From contig NC_043008.1 in NCBI RefSeq assembly GCF_006345805.1, positions 6,076,001 to 6,140,000 on the forward strand: 64,000 nucleotides of DNA. Direction: 5' to 3'. Source of the stretch: Octopus sinensis. Its lineage: Eukaryota. Position 1 is the stretch's first letter. Each line of letters opens with the position of its first letter. The position numbers and the translations under genes are program-made. Positions 1 to 11,969 of this stretch are shown here, one piece after another. Below the pieces are notes generated by a model. The model was not told the origin of the DNA. It did no database searches and was given only the letters and a program-made list of their open reading frames with translations.

Positions 1-359
1 CGATGACCACGTAATATTCTGTGAGAGAGAGGTTTGACAGACCTGTGGCTATTATGTATTTCAAAATGTCCAAATGGCAGGAAACTGTAGATTAATTCAT
101 TGATTTTCTTCCTGAGAATCAAATTTCTAATGAAGATGTTGATTATCCATCTTTTTACACCTATACATCTATAGGTTGGACAGGTATTCTTTACAGCATA
201 TTAAGAATTACCTTTGCTTGTCATCATCTCTTCTTTTATACGCAATATTTGGGAATCCAACCTTGCCATTTATTCCTATATATTCTAAGACTTTCTTCTT
301 CCTACGTCAATATTCATTCTCTATTAACTTCACATCTATGTCAACACAGACATTACTCC

Positions 360-748
360 AATAAAGAATCCATGAGAGCCAGTGCCTGGTACTGCATCTG
401 GGCAATTATTACCATCATCATCATCATCATTACACTTCCAGTCGGTTAAAATCAGAAGCCATGAGAGCCAGTGCCTGGTACTGCATCAGGGTGTTGCCAG
501 TGCTGCTGGACTGGTTCCTGTGCAGGTGGCACATAAAAAGCACCATTTGAGCATGGCTGTTGCCAGTACCACCAAACTGGCCCTCGTGCTGGTGGCACAT
601 AAAAGCAACTACTACACTCTTGGAGTGGTTGGTGTTAGGAAGGGCATCTACCAATTGAAACTCTGCCAGATCAGATTGGAGTCTGGTTCGCAGACCCCAG
701 TGAAATCATCCAACCCATGCTAGCATGGAAAGCAGACGTTAAACAATG

Positions 749-783
<35 letters not shown>
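360..783 (+). mobile_element. SINE with (GAT)n/(TAT)n tail (window family 3)
   Basis: Contains the family motifs GGAGTGGTTGG..TTAGGAAGGGCATC and CCAACCCATGCTAGCATGGAAAGCAGACGTTAAAC, followed by a trinucleotide tail. More than 20 related copies occur in the window. Confidence 0.85.
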
Positions 784-784
<1 letters not shown>

Positions 785-1355
785 GCAGCATAAACAATGT
801 TTTGGGTACAGTGATGGTTGGAGTTGAATAATGAAAACTTTCACTATGGCTGAAAATCAATATATTTTCAATAAGTTAAAGGAACATTTGAAAGTTTTTA
901 TGTGTGTTTTAGTAACCTTTAATTGAAAGACTATCGCTAAATTTAGAGACAAATAAAGAAAACTGCAAATAAATAAATAAATAAATAAGAAATTAGAAAA
1001 TAAAAAATCTTGAATGATAGAAAAAGAGTGAGACTAGTAAAATGATTCCCCTTTACCAACATTGGTAAATCTAAGAGAATTCCTGACATATGACTGTAGC
1101 AACTATTATTTACAGGACACCCTTCACACACACACACACACATTTTAATCACCTCAGTTCACTTTTTAATAAGGTACTGCATCAGATTTAATAGCTTATT
1201 TATTTTTTTAGAGCAGTTTTAAAAGAATAAAGTTATAAATGATTATTAAACATGGTGTTGATATTGATTGCAACTTTAAGTCTTTTTAATTATGTTTTGG
1301 GGTTGAAGCAAGAACCAAAAAAGTAGTCTTGGAATGAGATATGCCAACATCGGCA

Positions 1356-1530
1356 AAGGTGTAGTTGTGTGGCAAGAAGCTTGCTTCTCAACCACATGGT
1401 TCCAGATTCAGTCCCACTGCGTGGCACCTTGGGCAAATGTCTTCTACTGTAGCCTGGGGCTGACCAAAGCCTTGTGAGGGGATTTGGTAGAAGGAAACTG
1501 AAAGAAGCCCATCGTGTGTCTGTGTGTGAC
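1356..1530 (+). mobile_element. tRNA-derived CORE-like SINE, 5' half (window family 1)
   Basis: tRNA-like head GTGTGGCAAGAAGCTTGCTTCTCAACCACATGGTTCCAGATTCAGTCCC, then the CORE-like CCTTGGGCAAATGTCTTCTAC. Truncated by the following element. Confidence 0.85.
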
Positions 1531-1742
1531 CCTTCTGTCCGGCACTAGTCGCCATGATTGATCGTTAGCCACTACACACATTTTTATCGCTCCTTGTTTT
1601 TTCTGTGTTCCTTTCTGCAGAAGAGCGTAGGCTCGAAACGTAAAAGACTTTTTCTATCCTGAGCGTTATACTAATACATCTGTTTGTTTTGTACATCACC
1701 TCTCTTCGTCTTTTGATTTTTTCGTAAACTCACCCTATATAT
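1531..1742 (+). mobile_element. Penelope-like pseudo-LTR fragment carrying an HHR motif
   Basis: Contains an HHR-like fold at 1611-1646, a downstream CCTGAGCGT motif shared with 24430-24725, and ends in (TA)n. Confidence 0.6.
1611..1646 (+). ncRNA. Minimal hammerhead ribozyme-like motif (A6C variant)
   Basis: CTTT-CTGCAGA-A-GAGC(GTAG)GCTC-GAAA-CG-TA-AAAG: stem I CTTT/AAAG, stem II GAGC/GCTC, palindromic ACGT helix III. Confidence 0.6.
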
Positions 1743-2154
1743 AATTAATAATATCAGGGTAATAAAGATTTTAGAAATTTTTACTATCAGTGGCCTAGCG
1801 TATAGTAAAATTGGTCAATAGACTATATATTATTTATATAAAAAAGCCTGAAACCATGCTCCAGGAAATAGATGGTAAATGTTTTTATTTTTCATTCCCT
1901 TTGAGATTTTATCCCTAATTAGTGGTTTGAACTTTAGCTGTTCCTTCCAGTGTAAGGGAGTGCTCCAGCATGGCTGCAGTCAAGTAAAAGAATTGGCATA
2001 ATTACAAGTTAGTGCCAATAAGTTATATCTTCAGACATTCTTTTAATCTTTTACTTGCTTCAGTCATTTGACTTTGGCCATGCTGGAGCACCACATTTAG
2101 TCATGCAACTTGACCCCAGCACTTATTTTTTGTAAGTCTAGTACTTATTCTATT

Positions 2155-2400
2155 AGGGGAGAGGGATGTGACAGAAAATGAAGCAGAGGGTGAGGAAGCA
2201 GTGGATGAGTGCATCAAGGGAAGTAAGAGAGAGAGAGAGACATGTTAAAGGGTGTCTTGGAATTGTGAGGGCAAGTAATACAACAGGATGCCTGTAGCAA
2301 ATGAGACAAGAGGGAGCTGTGAGTGATAAAGGGACACAAATGGTATTTCTAATAACTGGTGCTATTTGTTGGTTGCAACAACTCATGACACAAAAGCTGG
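2155..2400 (-). mobile_element. Decayed LINE 3' fragment, probably continuing 3095-3610
   Basis: Purine-rich, decayed coding-like text on the same strand as, and downstream of, the RT fragment. Weak resemblance only. Confidence 0.35.
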
Positions 2401-2789
2401 TGTTGTTTGGTGAAGGGGTCAGGATTTGATCTCAGAATGTACAGAGGCAGAACAGTTAGCACAAAACATCCTACATTCTAACGGAACCACCAGTCTCCCA
2501 CTTTGGACTGGTTCTTTATCAATCCACAAAAAAAAAAAAGATCAAAGTTGACAGTTGTGGTGTTAGAATTTAGATGCAAAGAATCAGAGCTAATACTTCA
2601 AGATCTTCTATCCAATATTCTAATGCCCTTCCCAATTCACCACTTTTAAGGGAATTGAGACAAAGACATAGAATTGGTTAGGGAGTATATTTTAACTATT
2701 ATAGTTCATAGTGTTCTCTCTATATAAATCTCTGAGTCCTGTTAGCAACTAGAGATGTTCATAAAATGCAGTTAGTCCAGTATAAAAAC

Positions 2790-2943
2790 GATATATACAT
2801 ATATATGCATACATACACACACACATATATATATATATATAATATATATATATATATATACATACATATATATACATAAACATATACATACATACACATA
2901 TGCATATATATACATACATATATGTACATACATAAATGTTCAT

Positions 2944-3004
<61 letters not shown>
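2790..3004. repeat. (TA)n/(TACA)n/(CA)n microsatellite
   Basis: Direct inspection. Confidence 0.95.
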
Positions 3005-3008
<4 letters not shown>

Positions 3009-3094
3009 CATTGCATGAATTTGGTTTTGTTGCATTAGAAAAGGCAAGAAGAAAGAGACAGAAGTTGTTGGGAAATAATTTCATGCCAGTCAAT

Positions 3095-3610
3095 CAGGAA
3101 ACCCCTTAGTTTGGAAGTATCTAGAATGTCTGGAAGCATCTAGCACTGACCAAAATGTGGGAGCAGTTGTCCATTGTAATTCACAGGGGGACTTAGAGTG
3201 AGGTAGGTCAGGGAGGAAATGAAAGGTGGCATCATCTATAGAGGAATATAGATTGCTGAAGTGGCAACAGATGCATGGAAGGAAAATGTGAAGAACACCA
3301 GAGTTTAAAGATTGTGGGTCACAGAGGGTTCTGTCAGCACATGGTATGATGTTGCAACAGATATGAAGTCATTATCCAAGAGACGAGAGGTGAATAGAAT
3401 TTTGCCAGGAATTCTGCATGTCAAAGACACTTGAATGTTTTGCTGATGTCAAATGCAAGACTGTGTTCACCAAAATTCTAGGGGTGATGATCCTTAAGTG
3501 AATGGCACAAAAGACTAAATTTCCAGTAGATTTGGCTTCACGGTTAAATGGTTACCGCTGTCACTTTTGAGACAGTGAGGGTGAGTACAAGCAGAAATGA
3601 TAATTGGCAG
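3095..3610 (-). pseudogene. Decayed CR1/Jockey-type LINE reverse transcriptase fragment
   Basis: The minus strand has frameshifted remnants of the D..KAFD region, AACTCTGGTGTTC (NSGV of GVPQG) and TCTATAGATGATGCCACC (..DDAT, the YADD region), in the expected order. Confidence 0.6.
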
Positions 3611-5154
3611 AGTCAAGGGTGTTGATAGATATTCAACACACACACACACACACGTTATTAGAGAGGTTTGAATTAAATATTTACAAGTTTCTTCTTGTAG
3701 GTATAGCTTTTTATGTACAGCACACTTGTCTCAAGTGCCTAAAGTATTTTTAAGGAAAATACTTTAACCTCTTACCTCTCAACAATATGTTAGCTACTTA
3801 ATAACGAGAATTATCTGGTTTATGGAAAATGCTAAATTTTCAAGACTAAAGACAGAACCAAAGCAGACTCTGGCTTCTGAAGTATCACTTGTCTTATAAC
3901 CATGTCTGAGTTGCTATTGGAAGAATATTTTGGATAGTCTTCCATCTACTTTGGTATCAACTTAAGTTTAGTTTCCAGTTTTTAAACCACCACTCTGTTT
4001 AATTCCATCCTGATAAAAATAAAACCAAAACGAAAATACATTCCGTATCTGTATCAAAGAAATAGTTTCCACTAAAACTGGTTGGGTAAAAGCACAGGCA
4101 ATTCCTTGAGCAGAAAAAAAAATAATGATTGACAAATAAGCCATTTTTAAAATAGAGAATAAAGCAAATTCTAGAGTATTGGCAACAAACAGGATGGAAT
4201 GGGAATTCTTGATGAAGATGGAGAAAATGGTAATGGCACATTGCATTAATTTCCGAGAATTGTTTCCACTTTGTTTGATTAAACATTCTTTGACATTTGA
4301 AAACAATGAGCACTTTTCTTTCTGTTGAAGATCTTTTAAAGATAAAATTCTATGAATAAGAAAACAATAAGATAAAAAAAAAATACAATAAGACAAAGCA
4401 ATTAAACAGAGAATTGTTAAATTCTTGTAGACAGTGTAAGAAGAGACAATGGTTGTAAAGGGAAAAAGAGTTAAACCCAAGCTTGGAAGAAGAGAATAGA
4501 ATATTTATTTATATTCTCTTTGACTTTGGACAGAAAAAGATAAAATAAAATGAAACCATAGAAATATTCGTTTCAGCTGCTGTCATTAGGAAATATGCTT
4601 CGTGTTACCATTTTTAGTTGTAAGAAATAATTATTTTGCATGGTAATGTATACAGAACTGAAGTAAATACTCTGAAAAATAATTTGTTGATCAAAATAAT
4701 TTAGAATTCTTGATAAAACAAAGGACATAAATACTTCATTTGTAAGAAGAAACATTTTCTTTGAAGAAATAATTCAAATTCAGGCACATTATGTTTTTCA
4801 ATCAGTGTTACAACACCGTTTAACCCACATGTAGAAATATGTGTATAAGAATATATTTTTAAGGTATTATATTGCAGACTCATATAATTTATGAGTAAGA
4901 TGGCACTGGAAAATGGATTATGAATGATGTGGTCACTCAACCAGCTACAAATAGCAGCCAAATCTTTCCTCTAATCATAAAATCTCTACTTGATAAATTA
5001 TCAACCCACCCCAAATAGTTCTCAAACACAACCCACTCCTTATAGTTCTCAAATGCTATCTACCCAACCATATAGTCAAGGGGGCATTTTTCTTCTTTTA
5101 CTTTCCTCCCCTTTTTTTTCTTTTCTTTTCTTCACAATCTGGTGCATGAAAAAA

Positions 5155-5325
5155 GCACTCAGCATGCTGTGTAAAAGGTTGGCATTAGGAAGGGCATCCG
5201 GCTGTAGAAGCTGTGCCCCAAATTTACATTGGAGCTTGATGTGGTCCTATGGCTCATGGGATTCTGTCATACCATCCAACCCATGCCAACATGGAAATGG
5301 ATGTTAAATGATGATGATGACGATA
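5155..5325 (+). mobile_element. Family 3 SINE, 3' part
   Basis: GGTTGGCATTAGGAAGGGCATCC...CCAACCCATGCCAACATGG...(GAT)n. Confidence 0.85.
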
Positions 5326-5351
5326 ATGATATTGTTTCACAGACATTGTAT

Positions 5352-5450
5352 CTATGACCATGTTATCGACTGGAATAAACTCACCTGAGCCTGGACAATA
5401 ACAACAAGAATATGGATGATGGCACCTGGATTATTACAGGTATTCGAATA
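5352..5450 (-). CDS. Candidate terminal exon of the Ig gene (YSNTCNNPGAIIHILVVIVQAQVSLFQSITWS*)
   Basis: Acceptor taaattttcag| at 5451-5452. Open in phase 0 to TAG at 5352-5354, with a hydrophobic GPI-signal-like tail. An internal consensus donor CAG|GTGAGT lies at 5385. Confidence 0.35.
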   Translation of the reverse strand, partial: YSNTCNNPGAIIHILVVIVQAQVSLFQSITWS

Positions 5451-5454
5451 CTGA

Positions 5455-5604
5455 AAATTTACATTATTTGTCCTCATCTTATTTACATATTTGTCCTCAT
5501 CTTGTTTGTTGTTAACACGTTTTGGCTGATATACCCTCCAGCCTTCATCAGGTATCTTGGGGGAATTTTTGAACCTGGGTTCTCATTCCTAAGGTATTTT
5601 TTGA

Positions 5605-5639
<35 letters not shown>

Positions 5640-5706
5640 TCACTGCTTGGAATCGGACTCGGAATCTTGGGGTTAGTAGCCCGCACTATGCCACATGCCT
5701 GTGGCA
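5455..5706 (-). mobile_element. tRNA-headed SINE with HHR-containing tail, copy 1
   Basis: Minus strand: tRNA-like head (~5640-5706), (AAT)n linker, then a tail containing CTGATGA-A-GGCTG...CAGCC-AAAA-CG. Confidence 0.8.
5514..5555 (-). ncRNA. Minimal hammerhead ribozyme motif, decayed (G12A plus 3-nt deletion)
   Basis: ATAC-CTGATGA-A-GGCTG(GAGGGTATAT)CAGCC-AAAA-CGTGTT. Stem II is intact. Confidence 0.7.
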
Positions 5707-6742
5707 TCAATAGGTAACAATTTTAAAAATGCAATACCATTTATAGGCATTATGTCGAACCCTTGGGTGACATGATACACTTTATGTACGTAACATTTTA
5801 TCAAATGCTTGGCTGGCATCTTTAAAGTGTTATAAAAAACTAAATATTCAGTAAATTAAGGACTTATATTTCTTGAGTTTTCAGACAAATGTTTCTCCTA
5901 GTTATGATACTGCTCATCCGAGAATAATTTGTCTGTAAAAGTATTGCCTCTTCAATATTATTGTTGGTGGTTATATTCGTAAATTGTATCTTCTACAGCA
6001 CATTTTAAAGAGAAATTGTCCAGTATGGAGGTCATCCATATGGTTAAAAAGTTTGCTTTTTAATTCCATAGCTTCAGGTCTCACCCTACAACATTGAAGT
6101 TTGGGTGAGTGCCTTTTACCACAACCATGGGTTAATCTAAGCATTGATAAAGACAATGGGTGCAATACAATATCCTGTCACATGGCCTGTATCATTTTGT
6201 TTGGAGTGGTACACTAAATCCCTTATATGGATCAAAAGTCAAGCTGGTACCCTCAAGTGTCTGTTTTCTTTCTGACCAAGTCTCTCCAGGGTGAATTTAA
6301 CCAGATTTCTTGCTACATGGCTTCTCATTGTAGTAACACAACAATCATGGTTTTTCTTTTTCCCTTTCTGACATCAGTCTCAGAGGCTCTAACGAAACCA
6401 GACAATTCTATTCCATCTGTGGGAAGAATGAAATATTAGTAAAGAGGTGACATTACAATGTCATGGCCAGCTGTGATCTTTGGCCGTTTTACATGGCCGT
6501 GCTATAAGAGGCATTAAATAACTTTAGAAACAGCTTTCAGCTAGTCTTTTGACTAAATTCTTTATAAGATTAGTCTTTTAAATCTAATAAGCTTCTTAAT
6601 ATTCTTAATATAAAATCTCTTGCTATGTATAACAATGACAAAAGATAGGTATATATATATATACAAGACAAATCATTGCTTATATGTGTATGTGTAGGCT
6701 TATATGTATATGATATAAAATTTAAATGATGTATATATTGAT

Positions 6743-7138
6743 AACTAGCAGCTAAGCCCGGTTTGGATGATGTGGCTGTGATCGTTTTCGGTTAGGCATA
6801 ATCTATAACAGCGTTTGTCAACCATATCATTTTGGGTCCTCTGTTTCGATTGGGGCCTCCAGCTATATGAGAATTTCCTTATCCCACCCCATCAGAAAAC
6901 AGCTTCTAAGCAACTGGTTGTTTTAATGGCAGAAGAAAGAGGGAAATTCCATTAGAAAAGTTTTAATCGATTTTCTCGCTAAGTATGGGGGTTAGGAAAA
7001 AAAAATACAAACTGCATTCCAATCTATGCACCTGAATCCAAATGTGTGCCATTTTTCATGCGAATCCATCCAGCCATTTGGCTGTGAACCTCAAGAAAGA
7101 ATACAACGATCGCCCATGTCCAAATTTATATTATAGAT
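6743..7138 (+). mobile_element. Non-autonomous Helitron/Helentron-associated (DINE/HINE-like) element
   Basis: Starts AACTAGCAGCTAAGCCCGG and ends AATCCATCCAGCCATTTGGCTGTGA...TTTATATTATAGAT, the typical terminal layout of such elements. Confidence 0.6.
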
Positions 7139-8714
7139 AACTGATATTTCATCATCAGTTATAAGGAGCTGAAATAAGTGGGGGAGATTGGGTTCCAGTT
7201 TAATGACTGAAGATTTAAGAGTTTCAATTCTTTCTTTTTGCTTTTAGTTATGCTATATATATTAGCAAGGTATCAAATAAGTTAGTCATGTACCATAGCA
7301 AAATATAAGAATAAAATACAGAATGACTTCGTCGTCATAAATTATAAATTACTATCTTATTTGATGGTTTACAAAAGTTCTGACTGTTTTAGATATAAAC
7401 ATTGAATAAAATGGTATCCGAGACTATGATGGAATTTTAAATCAGATAATTGTTAGAAGCTCGGTTATTATTTAGAAATCTTATGAAACTAGAAGACAAC
7501 TGGAAAGTTTGGACACAAAGAAATTGGTTCTTAAATTGGATATAAATTGAAGCAACACAGTATATTTTAAAACGAATTTTCAAAAACGAGGAAGTAAAAT
7601 GACTGCATGTCCATCTTGGATGCTGATAAGGTCAGCAAGCACAAATCTAAACCATAAAATGTGACTTAATAGTGCAGATGGTATATCTAAATCTAACATC
7701 TTTGAAACTACCCCTGATAGCATAAGTAATACAGATGCAGTTGCAAAGGCCAAGGACTCAGAACCACTTCCAGTCAGGACTATTTTATGGTAAAACTATT
7801 CATTTTAGGCATATCTCTTAAATCTCTGCTTTCACATTGCAATTGACTGATTTTTTGAAAACAAAAAATAAATTTGGAAAAATGTAATTATTTAAAAAAC
7901 TTTATTTGCAAATCTTAAGAGAGTTTTATTTCCCTATATTTACTCCTTACTGTGTTTTAAATTATTTTTTCCTGGTTTCCATTTTGATAGCTAAAGGAAA
8001 TTAAATTTTTAAGTAATAATTTTAAAAAAGTAATATCACAAGGCTTCTGTCAGTTTAGAGATTATATTTTGGTTAATTGCAGTTTGAATTGCTTTGCTTA
8101 CCGCAATAAAGGAAGCAGAAATGACAAGAGTAATAAAATAGACCTAAAAGTAATTTGTAATATAGGTTCATATTGAGAAGAATTTTTCATTGTTTTATTC
8201 TGTTTTCTAAATTATTTCTTAGAACACAAATCACAAGCCTAATTTTCTGCTTTAAACGCACAAACACAAACACACACACATAAACACACACATTCAATTT
8301 AAAATCACGTAATCAATGCTTTAAAACAGTACAATAAAAGAGTTTAATTTGCATTCATATTGCACGAAAACTTTTTTACTCTGTGTCTGCATCTGCCTTA
8401 CTTTGTGTTTGTTTATGAATTCCAAACTAAACTATTATACGTAAGTATATGACTGTAGTTATTGATTTATGTGGTTTAGTGACAGCTATTAGACATTTCT
8501 AATATGCTACTACCTCTCCACCACTTCAAATTCTCAATTAATCACAGCAAACATCACTCATTCTCTCTTTTCTCCAATAACACAAACTTAATTCACTGAG
8601 GATTCATATAAACTAGGACTAACAATGTTCACATCTTGACATACTGGGGAAAACACGGATGCAAATCATTGAATCCTCACAAATGTTTCTCTGTTAGTAT
8701 GGGTCTGTCTATAG

Positions 8715-9245
8715 CATGAAGAGTGACCCCACTCTTCGGTCATGAATGACCATGGGATTGCACCTAGAAAGTTACCCTCCGAAGCACCAAGTCCAGGCAA
8801 GGTTGTTTTTATGGAAGACCAGCAGTCGCCCATGCATACCAGCCTTCCCTCTCCATGCCACCGAAGTTATCCAAGCAGAAAGTAAAGGGGCCGATACAGT
8901 TTGGCACGAGTGATGTTGTTACTCATTTCTACAGCTGAATGAACTGGAGCATCATCATCATCATCATCATCATCATCGTTTAGCATCCGCCTTCCATGTT
9001 GGCATGGGTTGGACGGTGCAACTGGGGTCTGAGAAGCCAGAAGACTGCACCAGGCTCCAGTCTGATCTGGCAATGTTTCTATGGCTGGATGCCCTTCCTA
9101 ACGCCAACCACTCCATGAGTGTAGGATGAGCAACGTGAAATATTGTCTTGCTCAAGAACACAACACGCAGCTCAGTCCAGGAATCAAACTCACAACCTCA
9201 CAATCATAAGCTCGATGCTCTAACCACTGAGCCATGTGCCTTCAC
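8715..9245 (-). mobile_element. tRNA-derived SINE (family 4) interrupted by a nested family 3 SINE
   Basis: Minus-strand head GGCACATGGCTCAGTGGTTAGAGCATCGAGC...GAGTTTGATTCC. The body resumes across the insert at 8952-9127. Confidence 0.8.
8952..9127 (-). mobile_element. 5'-truncated family 3 SINE with GAGCA target-site duplication
   Basis: GAGCA flanks the insert at 8947-8951 and 9128-9132. Confidence 0.8.
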
Positions 9246-9429
9246 TGTCTATAGCATATTACCACCTATATTGGTCTGGTATCATTTGTTCACTGAACTC
9301 CACTCACCTGAGATCTGATTTCATTACCATTTCCTTACTTTTATTCTTTTCTGTTTGGGAAACAACTCTATTTCTATCTTGAAATCATTTCATTCTACAT
9401 ACATGTCATGCATCAATACAATTTCGGCC

Positions 9430-9725
9430 ATTTCTCCATCCTTCTTAATTTGTTTGAATCCTGTGATAGCCATTCACTCTCTCTGCTTGCTTAATCTGTG
9501 CACTTGATGTACATTAAAATCCCACATTTAATAAACTACTACAACCACATTACATCTACAGCTTGAAGGTAGACTCAGCCTGTCTCACCACCTTCCAGTA
9601 TCGTACTTCTCACACATCTCCCATATTCTTTGCCCTTGGCAGGAATGAAACCCTTTCTTCGCAAGAAAGGCAACAGTGACTTGAATATATTCCACCTGCT
9701 TCCTCACTGGTTGTCTCTATGGAGG
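9430..9725 (-). pseudogene. RTE-clade LINE RT fragment
   Basis: Minus strand reads WNIFKSLLPFLRRKGFIPAKGKEYGRCVRSTIL, resembling the RTE W..FRELLPLL..KG...KGRLY..CVR..ML segment. Confidence 0.65.
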
Positions 9726-9734
9726 CTTGTACTG

Positions 9735-9965
9735 CCACCACCACCATCATCATTTAATGTCCGTTTTCCATGCTAGCATGGGTTGGACGGTTCGACTGGG
9801 GTCTGGGAAGCCAGGAGGCCGCACCAGGCTCCAGTCTGATCTGGCAGTGATTCTACAGCTGGATGCCTTTCCTAACGCCAATCACTCCGTGAGTGTAGTG
9901 GGTGCTTTTTACATGCCAGGGGAGGCTGGCAATGGCCATGATCGGTTGGTGCTTTTTACATGCCA
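9735..9965 (-). mobile_element. Family 3 SINE
   Basis: (CAT)n-TTTAATGTCCGTTTTCCATGCTAGCATGGGTTGGACGG... Confidence 0.85.
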
Positions 9966-11319
9966 ATATTTATCATATCTCAAGTCTTAACTTCCTGTCA
10001 GTCTGCCAGAAATCCTACTTACTGTACCTTTGATGTACCTTTTTACTTGTATTTTGTTTCCAAATACCACACATCTGCAACCTACCCTGTACCTAGATAT
10101 CAAGTAAGCGGAGACCAGAAAAGGATTTTCTTTGATCTTTAGAATGGAAATCAGTTTTATATTCAGATTCACACACACACACACAAGTACACATACAACA
10201 AATGATAAATTTCAAAACCCTTAATTTGCTACTTTTATTAAATTTTCATTTCCTTTTCATTGCCACAATTATGAATTCTACAGAAAGTTATTGAAGTCAA
10301 CGATTTAGGAACTGAACTTGGAGAATAGTAAAACTATTCACTGGAGAAAATGGCAACTGTTAGAAATGGTTCACATATTTCTTCCCATTCCTTCTGTATT
10401 TCATTTTACGAGTAAAAAGTAATTGGAGCAGAGCTGTAAGGATTATTTGAAACGTATCCAAAAACCTTCATAACAAACTTCACAACAATTTAGAGACAAA
10501 GACTGATTTATATTCGTTCTCTTTCTTTATTAGCATTTTTCTATAATCTAGCAATTTCTAAAATGTTTAACCTTTCTCTTGCAGCAAACAAAAGAAAGTA
10601 ATTTTGACAGTGAGTCTGTGTAAGAGGAAGACAAGAGGAAGTGCCAGAGATAACAGCCATAAAAAAAATTTCATTTTTCTTGCTTCTTTTTTATGTTCAA
10701 CATTTTTTTACTGACATTATATCCTGTGGGAGACAGCGTGTACAGGATGCTCATACCAGAATGGAATGGCAATCAAGTCAGATCTAGTTTTACATGCCAA
10801 GGTATATGCTTGAAAACAGATAATTGTCTGTAGGTCTAGAAAATTGTTTCAATAGCAATTTCTTCTAAATGTTATACCTAACAGAACCGTATTCCATATG
10901 TGTGCATTTGCATTAACGGCAGCAAATGTACATCCTTAGTTACAGAATGTTCCAACCAATAAAACACAACATCAATTAGGTTTTTAAAAAGTTATTCTTC
11001 AGCTTTTGGCTTCTTGGAACCACACATAAAACACTTCCTGCTTCTGCCAGCATGCATCAACCAAACTTTGATTTTTAGACATGAATTCTTTGGAATGAAT
11101 TTTTAAAACATCTGATCGCAAATTTTTGTACATGAATATTCTTCTATTCCAGTAGTCGCCAACCTGTCCACTACCAAAGACCCCTTTTATTCAAATGGAG
11201 TTTTCCATGGGGCCCTTTTAATATGCTTATCCTTGTAATCGTGTAACATTTTCTCCCTTTTCTCAATTTTTTTTGTCCATGTTCATGCACATATTTGCTC
11301 ACTTTCTTCCAAAAGTTTA

Positions 11320-11492
11320 ATGCCAGTCGATTAGATCAACCCCAGTATGTGACTGGTACTTAATTTATCAACCCCCGAAAGGAAGAAAGGCAGAGTTGAC
11401 CTCGGCACAATTTGAACAGAGAACATAAAGACAGAAGAAATACCGCTAAGCATTTCGCCCGGTGTGCTAACGTTTCTGTCAGCTCACCGCCC
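11320..11492 (-). mobile_element. tRNA-derived SINE with GCCTTTCATCCTTTCGGGGTCGATAAA-type middle domain (family 2)
   Basis: ACTGGTACTTAATTTATCAACCCCCGAAAGG...GGCAGAGTTGACCTCGG...GCTCACCGCC. Confidence 0.85.
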
Positions 11493-11877
11493 TACAATGC
11501 TTGACACATTACAAAATGAATTAGGACACAATGTTGCAACTATGTTAAACAACCATGTTATTACAAGGCAATGTATGAAGTGGGCTAAATATAGAATGAG
11601 GCTGTAATGGAGTAACAAGAGCCTCCGATAGTTGAACACTAAACAGAGTAAATAAGTTATTGATATGCCAAGTGTCTTTTGTTGTAATTATTATAAGAGT
11701 CTCTATCAGAGCATTTCATTGGATGGATGGATTGAAATAGAAAAACACTTTGAAAAATCCTGACCTTTTACAGCAAAGAATTGGAACCAGACAAAGAGAC
11801 AAAGCAGCACAAATAATGGCACAAGTGATAAATAAGAATGATTGGAACAAACACAGAAGTTAAGGAGAAACCAAAGA

Positions 11878-11922
11878 TATACATACACACACACACACAC
11901 ACACAAAAATATGTGTGAGTAT

Positions 11923-11969
<47 letters not shown>

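Noticed and set aside
370-487. 29-bp perfect direct repeat (370-398 and 459-487)
   Set aside because: Consistent with a local duplication at a SINE 5' end, with no sign of function.
3968-4480. 170-aa minus-strand ORF
   Set aside because: No recognisable domain. The F/L/I/S bias follows from the A-rich plus strand, and there are no convincing splice sites.
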